Origin: a virus
Taxonomy: Duplodnaviria; Caudoviricetes
Reading direction: 5' to 3' (one strand)
Virus record (IMG/VR): IMGVR_UViG_641509473_000001
Location: 1 to 64,000 of that record
Length of the DNA: 64,000 bases
Each line of letters begins with the position of its first letter. Position 1 is the first letter of the stretch. Position numbers and translations under genes: made by a program. Positions 1-7,994 of the stretch are shown one piece after another. Under the pieces are notes generated by a model that had not been told where the DNA came from, ran no database searches, and worked only from the letters and a program-made list of their open reading frames with translations.

Positions 1-38
1 AAAAGACCCCACCCCCAAGCACGGGGGTGGGGTTTTTG
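1..38. terminator. Bidirectional intrinsic terminator
   Basis: AAAAG-ACCCCACCCCC...GGGGGTGGGGT-TTTT stem with A/T tracts on both sides, immediately after the stop of the leftward ORF 42..1142. Confidence 0.8.
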
Positions 39-41
39 CGT

Positions 42-1142
42 TTAGAGCTCTAGCGACATCACTTTGCCAGAAGGGCGCTTCTCCTGCACCTTGACGTACT
101 GGAGGAAGGAAGGAAGCTCGCCGTTTATCAGGTCCTTGGCGTACACCTTTTTGCCCTGGTACTCCGCCACCAGCTCCTCAGGCAAGGCCACGCCCGCGTA
201 AGTACCAAGCTCCACCAAGACGTACCCCTTAGGCAAGGCGCTTCGGTGTACCCGCTCTCCGGTAGCTAGGAGAACCGTATCCGCCGGGTCGGCGTAGATG
301 CCGTCCGAGAGCAGGACGTAGTGGGATGGCTTAGCCCGGCGCACCACTTGGCCATCGGCGTAAATCCAGGCGAGGTTGGCGGCGTGCGTAGTGCAGTAGT
401 AGAGGCCGTCCGAGTCCTGGTCCACCACGGGGCTCGCACCGCAAACGGCGCACGTGCGAGGAACATCAAGGTCATAAGATATGTAGTCCCCTTGCGTGGA
501 GCGCAAGTAGGCGTGCAGGGTCCAGACCTTGCCCTCGTACTCTATGTGCGGCTTCCTACGCCCCGTTAGCACAAGGTAGCCGGGCTCCTCCGGGTTGCTA
601 TAGGCGTAGTAGAGCGTGTCCACATAGGGGTAAAAGCCCACCCGGCGGAGCTTGACCACAACGTCGGGATGGACGGGTTCGTACCCGGCTTCCCTAAGGC
701 GTTGGATGAGCGTGGAGCGGGCGGTGCCGTCGGCGGCGTAGACGTTGTCGTAGTAGCGGTCAAGCCAAAGAACCGCGCGGGCGTAGTACCCTCCGTCGCG
801 CTCCAGATACGCTACCCCCACCACGCTAGGGTTATAGGCGTAGAACTCTACATACTCCCTTCCGGTCATGCAGGAGCGGATGTTGTAGGAGTTGTAGACG
901 TCAAAGACCTGCTCCCTTCGGGCCACGCCGAAGGTAAATCCTAGCGACTCCGTTAGCTTGAAGAAGGAGGCTACCTCGTCCTTGGTGAGGTCAAGGTGGC
1001 GCGTGAGCCGTCCAAGAAACTTGCCTGGACGGTAGGAGTCTTTGCCGACCTGGATGCGGTTGCCAATGCGGGCCTCCAGAAGCTCTTCAGGGACCGTAGA
1101 AAGGTCCTTGCCCAAGGAGGCCAACCAGTCGCGCACGGTCAT
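42..1142 (-). CDS. Conserved phage protein with SCM / ARAxxW / DxxY / PYxDT motifs and a C-terminal CxxC...CxxH Zn ribbon; function unknown
   Basis: 366-aa ORF with an upstream GGAGGA RBS; RSCMTG, ARAVLWLDRYYDNVY, YPYVDTL, CAVC/CTTH. Confidence 0.6.
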   Translation of the reverse strand: MTVRDWLASLGKDLSTVPEELLEARIGNRIQVGKDSYRPGKFLGRLTRHLDLTKDEVASFFKLTESLGFTFGVARREQVFDVYNSYNIRSCMTGREYVEFYAYNPSVVGVAYLERDGGYYARAVLWLDRYYDNVYAADGTARSTLIQRLREAGYEPVHPDVVVKLRRVGFYPYVDTLYYAYSNPEEPGYLVLTGRRKPHIEYEGKVWTLHAYLRSTQGDYISYDLDVPRTCAVCGASPVVDQDSDGLYYCTTHAANLAWIYADGQVVRRAKPSHYVLLSDGIYADPADTVLLATGERVHRSALPKGYVLVELGTYAGVALPEELVAEYQGKKVYAKDLINGELPSFLQYVKVQEKRPSGKVMSLEL

Positions 1143-1153
1143 ACGTTCCTCCG

Positions 1154-1862
1154 CTACTTTGCAGGTGCCGGTTGGGATAACCCCACGCGCTCCGCCGCGG
1201 CCACAAAAAGGCGGGTTAGCGCTTGGTGGGCCGGGGTGTTGCGGAAGGAGAGGTAGCGCAAAAGAAGCCTACGAGTAAAGGGCGACTCTGGATAGCTAGC
1301 CACTTCTCTAGCCACTTCCGCTAAGTACGTATCGCCTTCTAGTTCGGCTAGCCTCTCCACCACAACAAGGATGTCCTGAAGTTCTTGCATGAGGTTCCTC
1401 CCAAGGGCTTAGGTCAAAAACTGAAATAGAGCCTTAAGCACTTCCTGGTCAGGTTGAGGAAGCTTAGCCAAAACGCGGTTTACCTTTCCCCAATCCTCGT
1501 TAGAGCGCGTATAGGACCACGTACCTACGGCCTGGTACAGTTCGGCGTAAAGCTCCCCAATGTCGTAGTCTTCATGCAGAATGCCAACGCCCGCTAAAAG
1601 GTCAAGAACCACTTCCAGGCGGTCTCTAGATTGCGCGGTCATAGCTTTCGTACGAGGCCATGAACGTCCTGAGGGCGTTTACCAGCCTAGCCAGACCGTC
1701 CGGGCTGTCCTCCTCGCGAAGGTAAAAGCCGTCGTACCCGTCGTCAAACTCGGCGAAGATGTAGGTGTTGCCCTCCTCGTCAAGGGCGTAGCCCATAGCC
1801 AAGTAGCAACGCTTGGGAACCAGGGGAAGAATGCCTTGAAAAGCCTCTTTCATGGGTGTCAT
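1154..1862 (-). CDS. Three small hypothetical proteins (1154..1390, 1409..1642, 1626..1862)
   Basis: Tightly packed 77-78 aa ORFs; the two outer ones have clear GGAGG RBSs. Confidence 0.65.
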
Positions 1863-1921
1863 AGTGCCTCCTTACGTGATGGGTAGACCGGGCTTTACGG
1901 TCCAGGTCCATTATCCAGGGC

Positions 1922-1951
1922 TTGTCAAGAGGGGTCGGTTGAGGGTAAAGT
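1922..1951 (+). promoter_or_regulatory. Candidate sigmaA promoter for the attP/integrase unit
   Basis: TTGTCA (1922-1927), 18 nt, TAAAGT (1946-1951) in the divergent intergenic gap. Confidence 0.4.
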
Positions 1952-2010
1952 AAGCATGACTACTGAGTAGCTAGCTTCGGAGCGGGAAAGATGCGTGCTA
2001 GACGGAGAGA

Positions 2011-2060
2011 GCCGACTCTTAATCGGTGGGTTACAGGTTCGAGTCCTGTGCGGCCCACCA
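2011..2060 (+). other. 3' half of tRNA-Lys(CUU); putative attP core
   Basis: Anticodon arm GCCGA-CT-CTT-AA-TCGGT, T-arm ACAGG-TTCGAGT-CCTGT, acceptor 3' strand GCGGCCC-A-CCA. No GGGCCG 5' acceptor strand or D-arm upstream; lies 85 nt before a tyrosine recombinase. Confidence 0.8.
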
Positions 2061-2145
2061 TTGCCTTTTTAAGCCAATCCTTCCATTTTCATCACCCGCT
2101 CTCGGAGTTGGCCTACTCGGTTGGTCATACCGAGAGGGGGAAGCC

Positions 2146-3009
2146 ATGACTATTGAACAAGCTCTAAAAGAGTTCCTCAAGGAGAAGCGTCTGGAGGGGA
2201 AGCGGGAGAAGACCCTTAGGTGGTACGAGAGCACGGTGCGCTACCTGCTCAAGGAGCACCTGAACAAGCCTCTAGACGCCTTGACCCGCAACCTGGTGGT
2301 GGAGGTGTTAGACAAGCCTGTAGCTCCGGCTACGCTAGCCAACTACGACCGGGCCTTGCGGGGCTTCGTCAACTGGCTTATCGGGGTGGAGTACCTAGAG
2401 CACAACCCCTTCAAGGGGCGCAAGCGGCCCAAGGAGGAGTTCTACCTCAAGGACGTGTTAACCCTAGACGAGATAAAGGCCCTGTTCAAGGCGGCCATGC
2501 GCGACCCAAGGTACCGCTACCGCAACGCTAGCATCTTAGCCTTGGCCTTGGGCTCAGGGCTTCGCGCGGCGGAGATTTGCCGCCTGCAGGTGGCGGACAT
2601 CCTTTGGGACGAGATGGCCGTTCGGGTTCACGGCAAGACCGGGCACGGCGTGGTGCCCGTTACTAGGGAAACCCTACGCTACTTGCGCCTCTACCTGGAC
2701 CGAGAGCGCAAGGCCACTAGTCCCTACCTGTTCGTGCACCGCAACCGCCCTCTCACCTCCGAGGTGCTTAGCCATTGGATAAAAAGGCAGGCGAAGGTAG
2801 CCGGAATCAATAAGAAGGTGGGCATGCACCTCCTCCGGCATACCTTCGCCACCAACTACCTGAAAAGCGGCGGAGACCCCTTCACCCTCCAGCGGATACT
2901 CCGCCACAAAAGCCCGGCGATGACGAGCCGGTACTTGCACTTCCTCACCGCGGACTTGCGGGAGCGCTTGGAGCCCATTGACCTGGTGAGCTTGGCTAGG
3001 AAGCGCTAG
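2146..3009 (+). CDS. int: Tyrosine recombinase/integrase (XerC/D-like)
   Basis: Catalytic set: GLRAAE (R), HGKTG (K), HLLRHTFAT (HxxR), LRHKS (H), TSRY (Y). ATG 2146 follows GAGAGGGGG RBS (track start 2026 is too early). Confidence 0.93.
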   Translation: MTIEQALKEFLKEKRLEGKREKTLRWYESTVRYLLKEHLNKPLDALTRNLVVEVLDKPVAPATLANYDRALRGFVNWLIGVEYLEHNPFKGRKRPKEEFYLKDVLTLDEIKALFKAAMRDPRYRYRNASILALALGSGLRAAEICRLQVADILWDEMAVRVHGKTGHGVVPVTRETLRYLRLYLDRERKATSPYLFVHRNRPLTSEVLSHWIKRQAKVAGINKKVGMHLLRHTFATNYLKSGGDPFTLQRILRHKSPAMTSRYLHFLTADLRERLEPIDLVSLARKR

Positions 3010-4069
3010 GGGTAAGGTTCTTCACGAGCTCGCGGGCCTCCTCCGTGTTCAGGTAATCGGCCACCTTTTTAGCGAGCTCAATCGTCTTGTTCCTAGTCTC
3101 CAAGTCCCGGCCAAAAGGCTCCAGGCCCGAATCGTACACATACCACTTGGCCTCTTTCAGGAAGGCCATAAGAAGCTCGCGGTAGAAATCTTCCACCTCG
3201 CCTTGCTCTAGGTGGTGGGCGATGTTGTCCACAAGCTCAGGAAGAAACTCAAAGGTGATGAGCTCAATGACTTCGGCGCACAAAGGACAAACCTGATTAC
3301 CAGGCTCAATGTCTGGAATCCTAGCCCCAACGGCGATGAGCGAAGCCGCGGGAGCGGCGTACTCCCTAGCTACAAGGGTGTAGCCGAGGTAGCGCACCTT
3401 GCGGTTATTGACGTGGAAAAAGTAGGCGTAGTCGTGATGGGCGTAGTAGTCAGGGACCTCAAAGAAGACAATCCGGTCATTCACGATTCACCTCCGTACA
3501 GAGCTCTTCAGGCTTTAGCTCCACCTCCACTTCCGCACCCGACGTTTTGGCCCGGAAGCGTACCTTGCGCTCTTCGGCCAAGTAATGGAGCCGAAGAACG
3601 CCCCTAGAAACTCGTTGCCCTACAAACCGGTACATCAGGCGCACCATGCACTCCCGTACGGCTTCCCTGTCCAAAGCGTCTACCGCCATCAGGTCAAAGC
3701 GGTCGCTAGACAGGTACCACACCGCGGTGAAGGAGGAGACGCCGTTCAGGTTCATAGGGACATAGCTCTCCAAGAGCGGAGATAGTCGCCAAAGGAAGTT
3801 TTCACCTCCACTTCGGTTATGGGTGAGTTGACAAAGGCGAAGTGGATGTTGATGGAGCGGGTAGCGGGGTCTAGACGGAAGGTGGCCAAGACCTGTTCGT
3901 ATTGCCCACCAGACAAGTCGTTCGCTTCGTCTACGAGAAACTGGGCCAAAGCCTCCCTATGGATTTCCGATAGCCAAGTGGGCGGGTCAAAATCAAACGA
4001 AGCAGGGGGATAAGAGAAGCTACCGGAAACCGGAAGCTTGAGGCTACGCAAAAACTCGGCCTTGGTCAT
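2996..4069 (-). CDS. Three hypothetical proteins (2996..3484, 3477..3773, 3752..4069)
   Basis: Overlapping leftward ORFs; 3484 and 4069 have GGAGGTG RBSs. Confidence 0.65.
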
Positions 4070-4908
4070 AGCTCACCTCCAAAGCACCGGCTCTGAAAGG
4101 GACAGTAAGCGCAATGCTCGCCAAACCTAGGCGCGAACTTCACCTCCTCCGGCACGTCGGAGTGGATGAGGTCGTACACCAAGCGGTCGGTCTGGGTCAG
4201 AAAGTCAATAAGCCGGTCGTTGCGGGGGACCTTGTAGATGTTTCCAGAGCGCATGTGGTAGAGCCAGAAGTCTTTGGCTTCCGGCACGGCCACGTAGTAG
4301 CGGGCTATCTGGTCGTTGAGCCTGAGCTCGCTCTCGGAAGGGGCGTTGTAGCCGGTCTTGAGGTCCAGAAGGACCGGCCCTTCGCTACCTTCCAAGACCA
4401 TGTCAATATAGCCCAGCATCTCCACCCCGCCCATGGAGTAGCGGACCTCCTGCTCTATGGCGAGAGGGGCAGGAAGAGGCTCTTGCAGGGAGCGCTCTAG
4501 CATGGAGCGGAAATGGGCCGTCCACCCTTCCCTACCCTGCATGCTCTTGGTGCGTCCCTTGCCGATGTTGAGGTCGGTGAGGGCGGGCGCTAAGGAGAAG
4601 AGGAGCTCTTCGTGGCCGTCCTTGGGGGTGTCCCACTTCTCCCGGCCTGTCAAGCGGTCGTACACCTCTAACGCGAACCGGGGGTCAAAGCCCCCGGTTA
4701 GCGTCCAATGCACACCTTCTGGTCCAGGACTAGGAAAGCCGTAGGCGTGGTAGAAGGAGAGATGGACGATGGTGCCGTACACCGCGCTAGGAGAGGTTGG
4801 CTCCTCAATACGGAGTACGCGCTTGAAATAAAAGCGCTTCGGGCATTGGTGGTAATCCCGAAGCGCGGAAACGCTAAGCCTAGAAGGGTAAGTCGTCGTC
4901 ATAATCAA
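4066..4908 (-). CDS. RecB/Cas4-like PD-(D/E)XK exonuclease with Fe-S staple
   Basis: LSVSAL..CPKR, GTIVH, IEQEV, GYIDMV, LDLKTG, QIARY, C-terminal CAYCPFQSRC. Confidence 0.88.
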   Translation of the reverse strand: MIMTTTYPSRLSVSALRDYHQCPKRFYFKRVLRIEEPTSPSAVYGTIVHLSFYHAYGFPSPGPEGVHWTLTGGFDPRFALEVYDRLTGREKWDTPKDGHEELLFSLAPALTDLNIGKGRTKSMQGREGWTAHFRSMLERSLQEPLPAPLAIEQEVRYSMGGVEMLGYIDMVLEGSEGPVLLDLKTGYNAPSESELRLNDQIARYYVAVPEAKDFWLYHMRSGNIYKVPRNDRLIDFLTQTDRLVYDLIHSDVPEEVKFAPRFGEHCAYCPFQSRCFGGEL

Positions 4909-5221
4909 CGGGCTCGTATGTGGGTTTGGGCCACTCCGGGAAGAGCTCGTCTAGGGAGCTTGGGGTGGTGAGCTCGGCCTCGTCGTAACCCTCAAAGTAC
5001 CAGTCGTCAGGGCCGTAGGAACCGCGCTCTTCCAACTCCGCGAGGATGGGCTTGGCGAACTCCTCCGGCACCACGACCACGTGGGTCTCCCGGTACACTA
5101 TAGGCTCTTCGTACCTAACCTTATCGTAGTAGGGGTCCTCGTCTAGGTACATTCGCGAAACAGGGTCCATGCGCGGAGGCGTTTCCCGCTCTCTAGTAAA
5201 CCGAAACACGTAAACCTTCAT
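4880..5221 (-). CDS. Acidic hypothetical protein ending in an SSB-like tail (DYDDDLPF)
   Basis: 113-aa ORF coupled downstream of the DNA polymerase. Confidence 0.7.
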   Translation of the reverse strand: MKVYVFRFTRERETPPRMDPVSRMYLDEDPYYDKVRYEEPIVYRETHVVVVPEEFAKPILAELEERGSYGPDDWYFEGYDEAELTTPSSLDELFPEWPKPTYEPVDYDDDLPF

Positions 5222-5224
5222 GGC

Positions 5225-7411
5225 TCACCCCACTTTGGACAGCGTACGTTTGAACTCTGGCTCCGCCTTCAAGAGCACGCCGTTCACCTCGCGCTCCATC
5301 TTCTCCACCATGATTTGCGCCACGCGCTCGGCGTGCTCTTCCTTGGCTAGCACGACGATTTCGTCGTGCACCTGGATTATAACTTGGGCGTCAAGCCCTT
5401 CGGCTTCAAACGCTCGTTGCATTTGCACGATGGCGTCTTTGACCACAAAGGCGGAGAAGCCCTGGATGAGGGCGTTCTGGCAAGAGCGGAGGGAGGCGTA
5501 GTACTGCTTACGCGCGTCAGGGTCGTTGTTGAGCACGAGCGGCCACTTGTCCTTGGGAAGCTTGCGCAAGGCTTGCGGTAGGTCCATGCGCTTGATGTAG
5601 CCGTAGATGGGGTACTCCACAAACCCCTTCTCCTCAAGCTCCCGGTACACCTCCTCCATCCAGGTCTTGACCACCGGGTAAGCTTCAAAGTAGCCCTGAA
5701 TGAGTTGCTTGGCCTCCTCCTCGCTAAAGCCAAAGTTCTTGATGAGGGTGAACTCGGTGCCGCCATAGATGAGCGCGAAGTTCACCACCTTGGCCTTTTG
5801 GCGGTAGTCCTTGTACTGCTCTTTGAACGCCTTGTCGTCCAAGTCTAGCCCCACCTTGAAGGCGTACCGGGCGGTGTAGGCGTGAAGGTCTCTACCCTGG
5901 TTGAGCAGGTCGCGCATGGTGGGGTCGCCGCTCACCGCGGCGCACACCACGAGCTCCATGCTAGCGTAATCCGCGCTAACAAATATATAACCAGGGTCGG
6001 CCACAAACGCCTTGCGGATGTCTATGCCCTGCAGGTAGGGCTTCTCCGCCACCTCTTCCGGGAGAAGCCTCGGCAGGTTCTGCAAGTTGGGGTTGGAGCT
6101 AGACATGCGGCCTGAGACCGTGCCCACGGTGTTGAAGTTGGTGTGCAAGCGTCCTTGCGGGTCTACTTCCTCAAGGATGCTATCGGTGTAGGTGGAAAGA
6201 AGCTTCTTCAAGCCCTCGTGGGCTTGCTTGGCCTCAAGAAACGCCTTGGCCAAAGGCGCTTTCCTTTTGTCTTTAGGGCTTAGGGTGAGGAGCTTGGCGA
6301 TGGCGGTCTTGGAGGTGGAAGGGGCGCCGTTAGGCGTGGTCTCCACCACGGGGTAGCCTAGGAGGTCGTACAGGATGGTAGCGAGTTGTTGAGGAGAGTT
6401 GAGTGGGTTGGTAAACTCGCTAGCCTTGGAGCCGATGAGGGCTTTGAGAAGCTCCTGAGCTTCCTGGGCTTTCTCCTCTATCCGCGCCTGGATGGTCTCC
6501 TTGATGCGGCGTAGCTCCTCCTTGTCCACCAACACGCCGCGGTGCGTAGCCCTGGTCATGACGTCGTTCACCGGGAGCTCAATCTCGCGGTAAAGCGCGT
6601 GAAGCTTAGGGTGAAGCTCAAAGAAGACCTCTACATGCTCCCAAAGGGCGAGGGTGTTCATGGCGTCGTCTAGGGCGTAGATAGCGGCGATGTCCACCGG
6701 AAAAAGGCGGAAGTCGTTGGGAAAGGAGCCGGTGTAGCTCACCACGCCGCGGTTCTTGAGTTGTTGAAAGGCGCGGTTTAGGAGCTTGTAAAGAGCGCCG
6801 TAGGACACGCCGCCGTTGTGCACGGCCAAGAACGCGTCCTTCAAGCGTTGAAGCCAGTCGGGCTTGAGCTTGTGGACCTTCTTCTTATACCGCCTCCCGT
6901 TCTTGCTCACCGCCTCCACCTGGTCTTCGTCGGTGAGCTCCGGGGGCTCAATGTCGGCGTTCACCTCTTCCAAGCCCAGTAGGGTCTTGGCCCACTCCTT
7001 GAGCCCCAAGGGATGGTTCTCGTCCACCAGGTGCAGGGCCACCATGGTGTCGTCGCCATAGGTTTGGTCAAGGGGGATGTCCAAGGTAACGGCCAAGACC
7101 CTACGGTCGTAGGCGGCGTTGTGGTAGACCACAGGGCGCTTGAGCGCTTCTAGCACCGCTTGGCGTACGGCCTCACGGGGCAAGTTAGCGGGTTGGTAGC
7201 GCAAAAGAAAGTCCTGGTGGTCCACCGGAAAGTACCAGGCTTCCGTGGGCGAGGTGGCGATGGCCACCCCAACCAATCGGAAGTCGGGTAGGTAGAGGTT
7301 GAAGGGGTCGGAGCCGTATGTTTCCGTGTCTAGGGCTACCCTAGGGGCTTGGGCGATGGCGTCTAGGGCTAGAGGAAAGGTGTCATTCGTTACGACGTGG
7401 TAGCTCCGCAT
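5225..7411 (-). CDS. polA: Family A DNA polymerase with 3'-5' exonuclease, no 5'-3' exonuclease
   Basis: Exo I LDTET, Exo II HNAAYD, Exo III YALDD; TVSGRMSSSNPNLQN; motif A ADYASMEL, motif B RQKAKVVNFALIYG, motif C QVHDE. Confidence 0.97.
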   Translation of the reverse strand: MRSYHVVTNDTFPLALDAIAQAPRVALDTETYGSDPFNLYLPDFRLVGVAIATSPTEAWYFPVDHQDFLLRYQPANLPREAVRQAVLEALKRPVVYHNAAYDRRVLAVTLDIPLDQTYGDDTMVALHLVDENHPLGLKEWAKTLLGLEEVNADIEPPELTDEDQVEAVSKNGRRYKKKVHKLKPDWLQRLKDAFLAVHNGGVSYGALYKLLNRAFQQLKNRGVVSYTGSFPNDFRLFPVDIAAIYALDDAMNTLALWEHVEVFFELHPKLHALYREIELPVNDVMTRATHRGVLVDKEELRRIKETIQARIEEKAQEAQELLKALIGSKASEFTNPLNSPQQLATILYDLLGYPVVETTPNGAPSTSKTAIAKLLTLSPKDKRKAPLAKAFLEAKQAHEGLKKLLSTYTDSILEEVDPQGRLHTNFNTVGTVSGRMSSSNPNLQNLPRLLPEEVAEKPYLQGIDIRKAFVADPGYIFVSADYASMELVVCAAVSGDPTMRDLLNQGRDLHAYTARYAFKVGLDLDDKAFKEQYKDYRQKAKVVNFALIYGGTEFTLIKNFGFSEEEAKQLIQGYFEAYPVVKTWMEEVYRELEEKGFVEYPIYGYIKRMDLPQALRKLPKDKWPLVLNNDPDARKQYYASLRSCQNALIQGFSAFVVKDAIVQMQRAFEAEGLDAQVIIQVHDEIVVLAKEEHAERVAQIMVEKMEREVNGVLLKAEPEFKRTLSKVG

Positions 7412-7985
7412 ACATAGCCTCCAAATCCGATTTCCGCCAGAGCATGGCGCGTTGACTCATGCGCGGCTCTAAGCCGAGCTTCTTGGCTTTGGCGAGAAAG
7501 GCGCTCTTGCTCAGGCCAAGAAGCGAAGCGGCCTCTTTGGTGGAAAGCCACACTTCCTCTTCCTGAGGCGGAGTTTCCTCAGGCAAAGAGGAAACTGGAG
7601 GGGTAGGAGAATACCCCGCCAGTTCCCCTAGAACCTTGCCGAGGAAAAACGTCGTAACGAGCACGAAGGTGGAGAGCACCAGGGCGATGACCTTGTCCGT
7701 TGTCGTCTGGGTGCCGCTAAAGAGGCTCACGGCTACGGTGAACCAGACCAGGGACACGGCCAGGTAGCTTCCCACCCTAGCGCTCTTCACCCCTAGCACC
7801 GACAAGTAGGAGTAGTAAAGGGCGGTGAGGTCTAGCCCAAGCGCTACGCCCAAGGCCACCCAAACGCGGTCTAGGACCGGAAAGTGCGCGCCAAACCTGG
7901 AGTAGACCTCCCACACGTGCATGAAGGAGGTGAAGAGTGCTAGCGCGTAAATGCCTAGACCAAGCCGTATGAGGGGCGTGCGCAT
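7383..7985 (-). CDS. 4-TM membrane protein with C-terminal excisionase-like HTH
   Basis: Four hydrophobic segments, Pro/Glu linker, then WLSTKEAASLLGLSKSAF. Confidence 0.65.
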   Translation of the reverse strand: MRTPLIRLGLGIYALALFTSFMHVWEVYSRFGAHFPVLDRVWVALGVALGLDLTALYYSYLSVLGVKSARVGSYLAVSLVWFTVAVSLFSGTQTTTDKVIALVLSTFVLVTTFFLGKVLGELAGYSPTPPVSSLPEETPPQEEEVWLSTKEAASLLGLSKSAFLAKAKKLGLEPRMSQRAMLWRKSDLEAMYAELPRRNE

Positions 7986-7994
7986 AATGACCTC

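Noticed and set aside
1981-2060. Complete tRNA-Lys gene
   Set aside because: No 5' acceptor strand complementary to GCGGCCC and no D-arm; only the 3' half is present
4066-4908. cas4 as part of a CRISPR locus
   Set aside because: No other cas genes and no repeat-spacer array seen; solo RecB/Cas4-like nucleases are common in phages
6700-6960. Intein or intron in the DNA polymerase exonuclease insert
   Set aside because: Frame is continuous with no Cys/Ser...His-Asn splice motifs; likely an ordinary insertion domain
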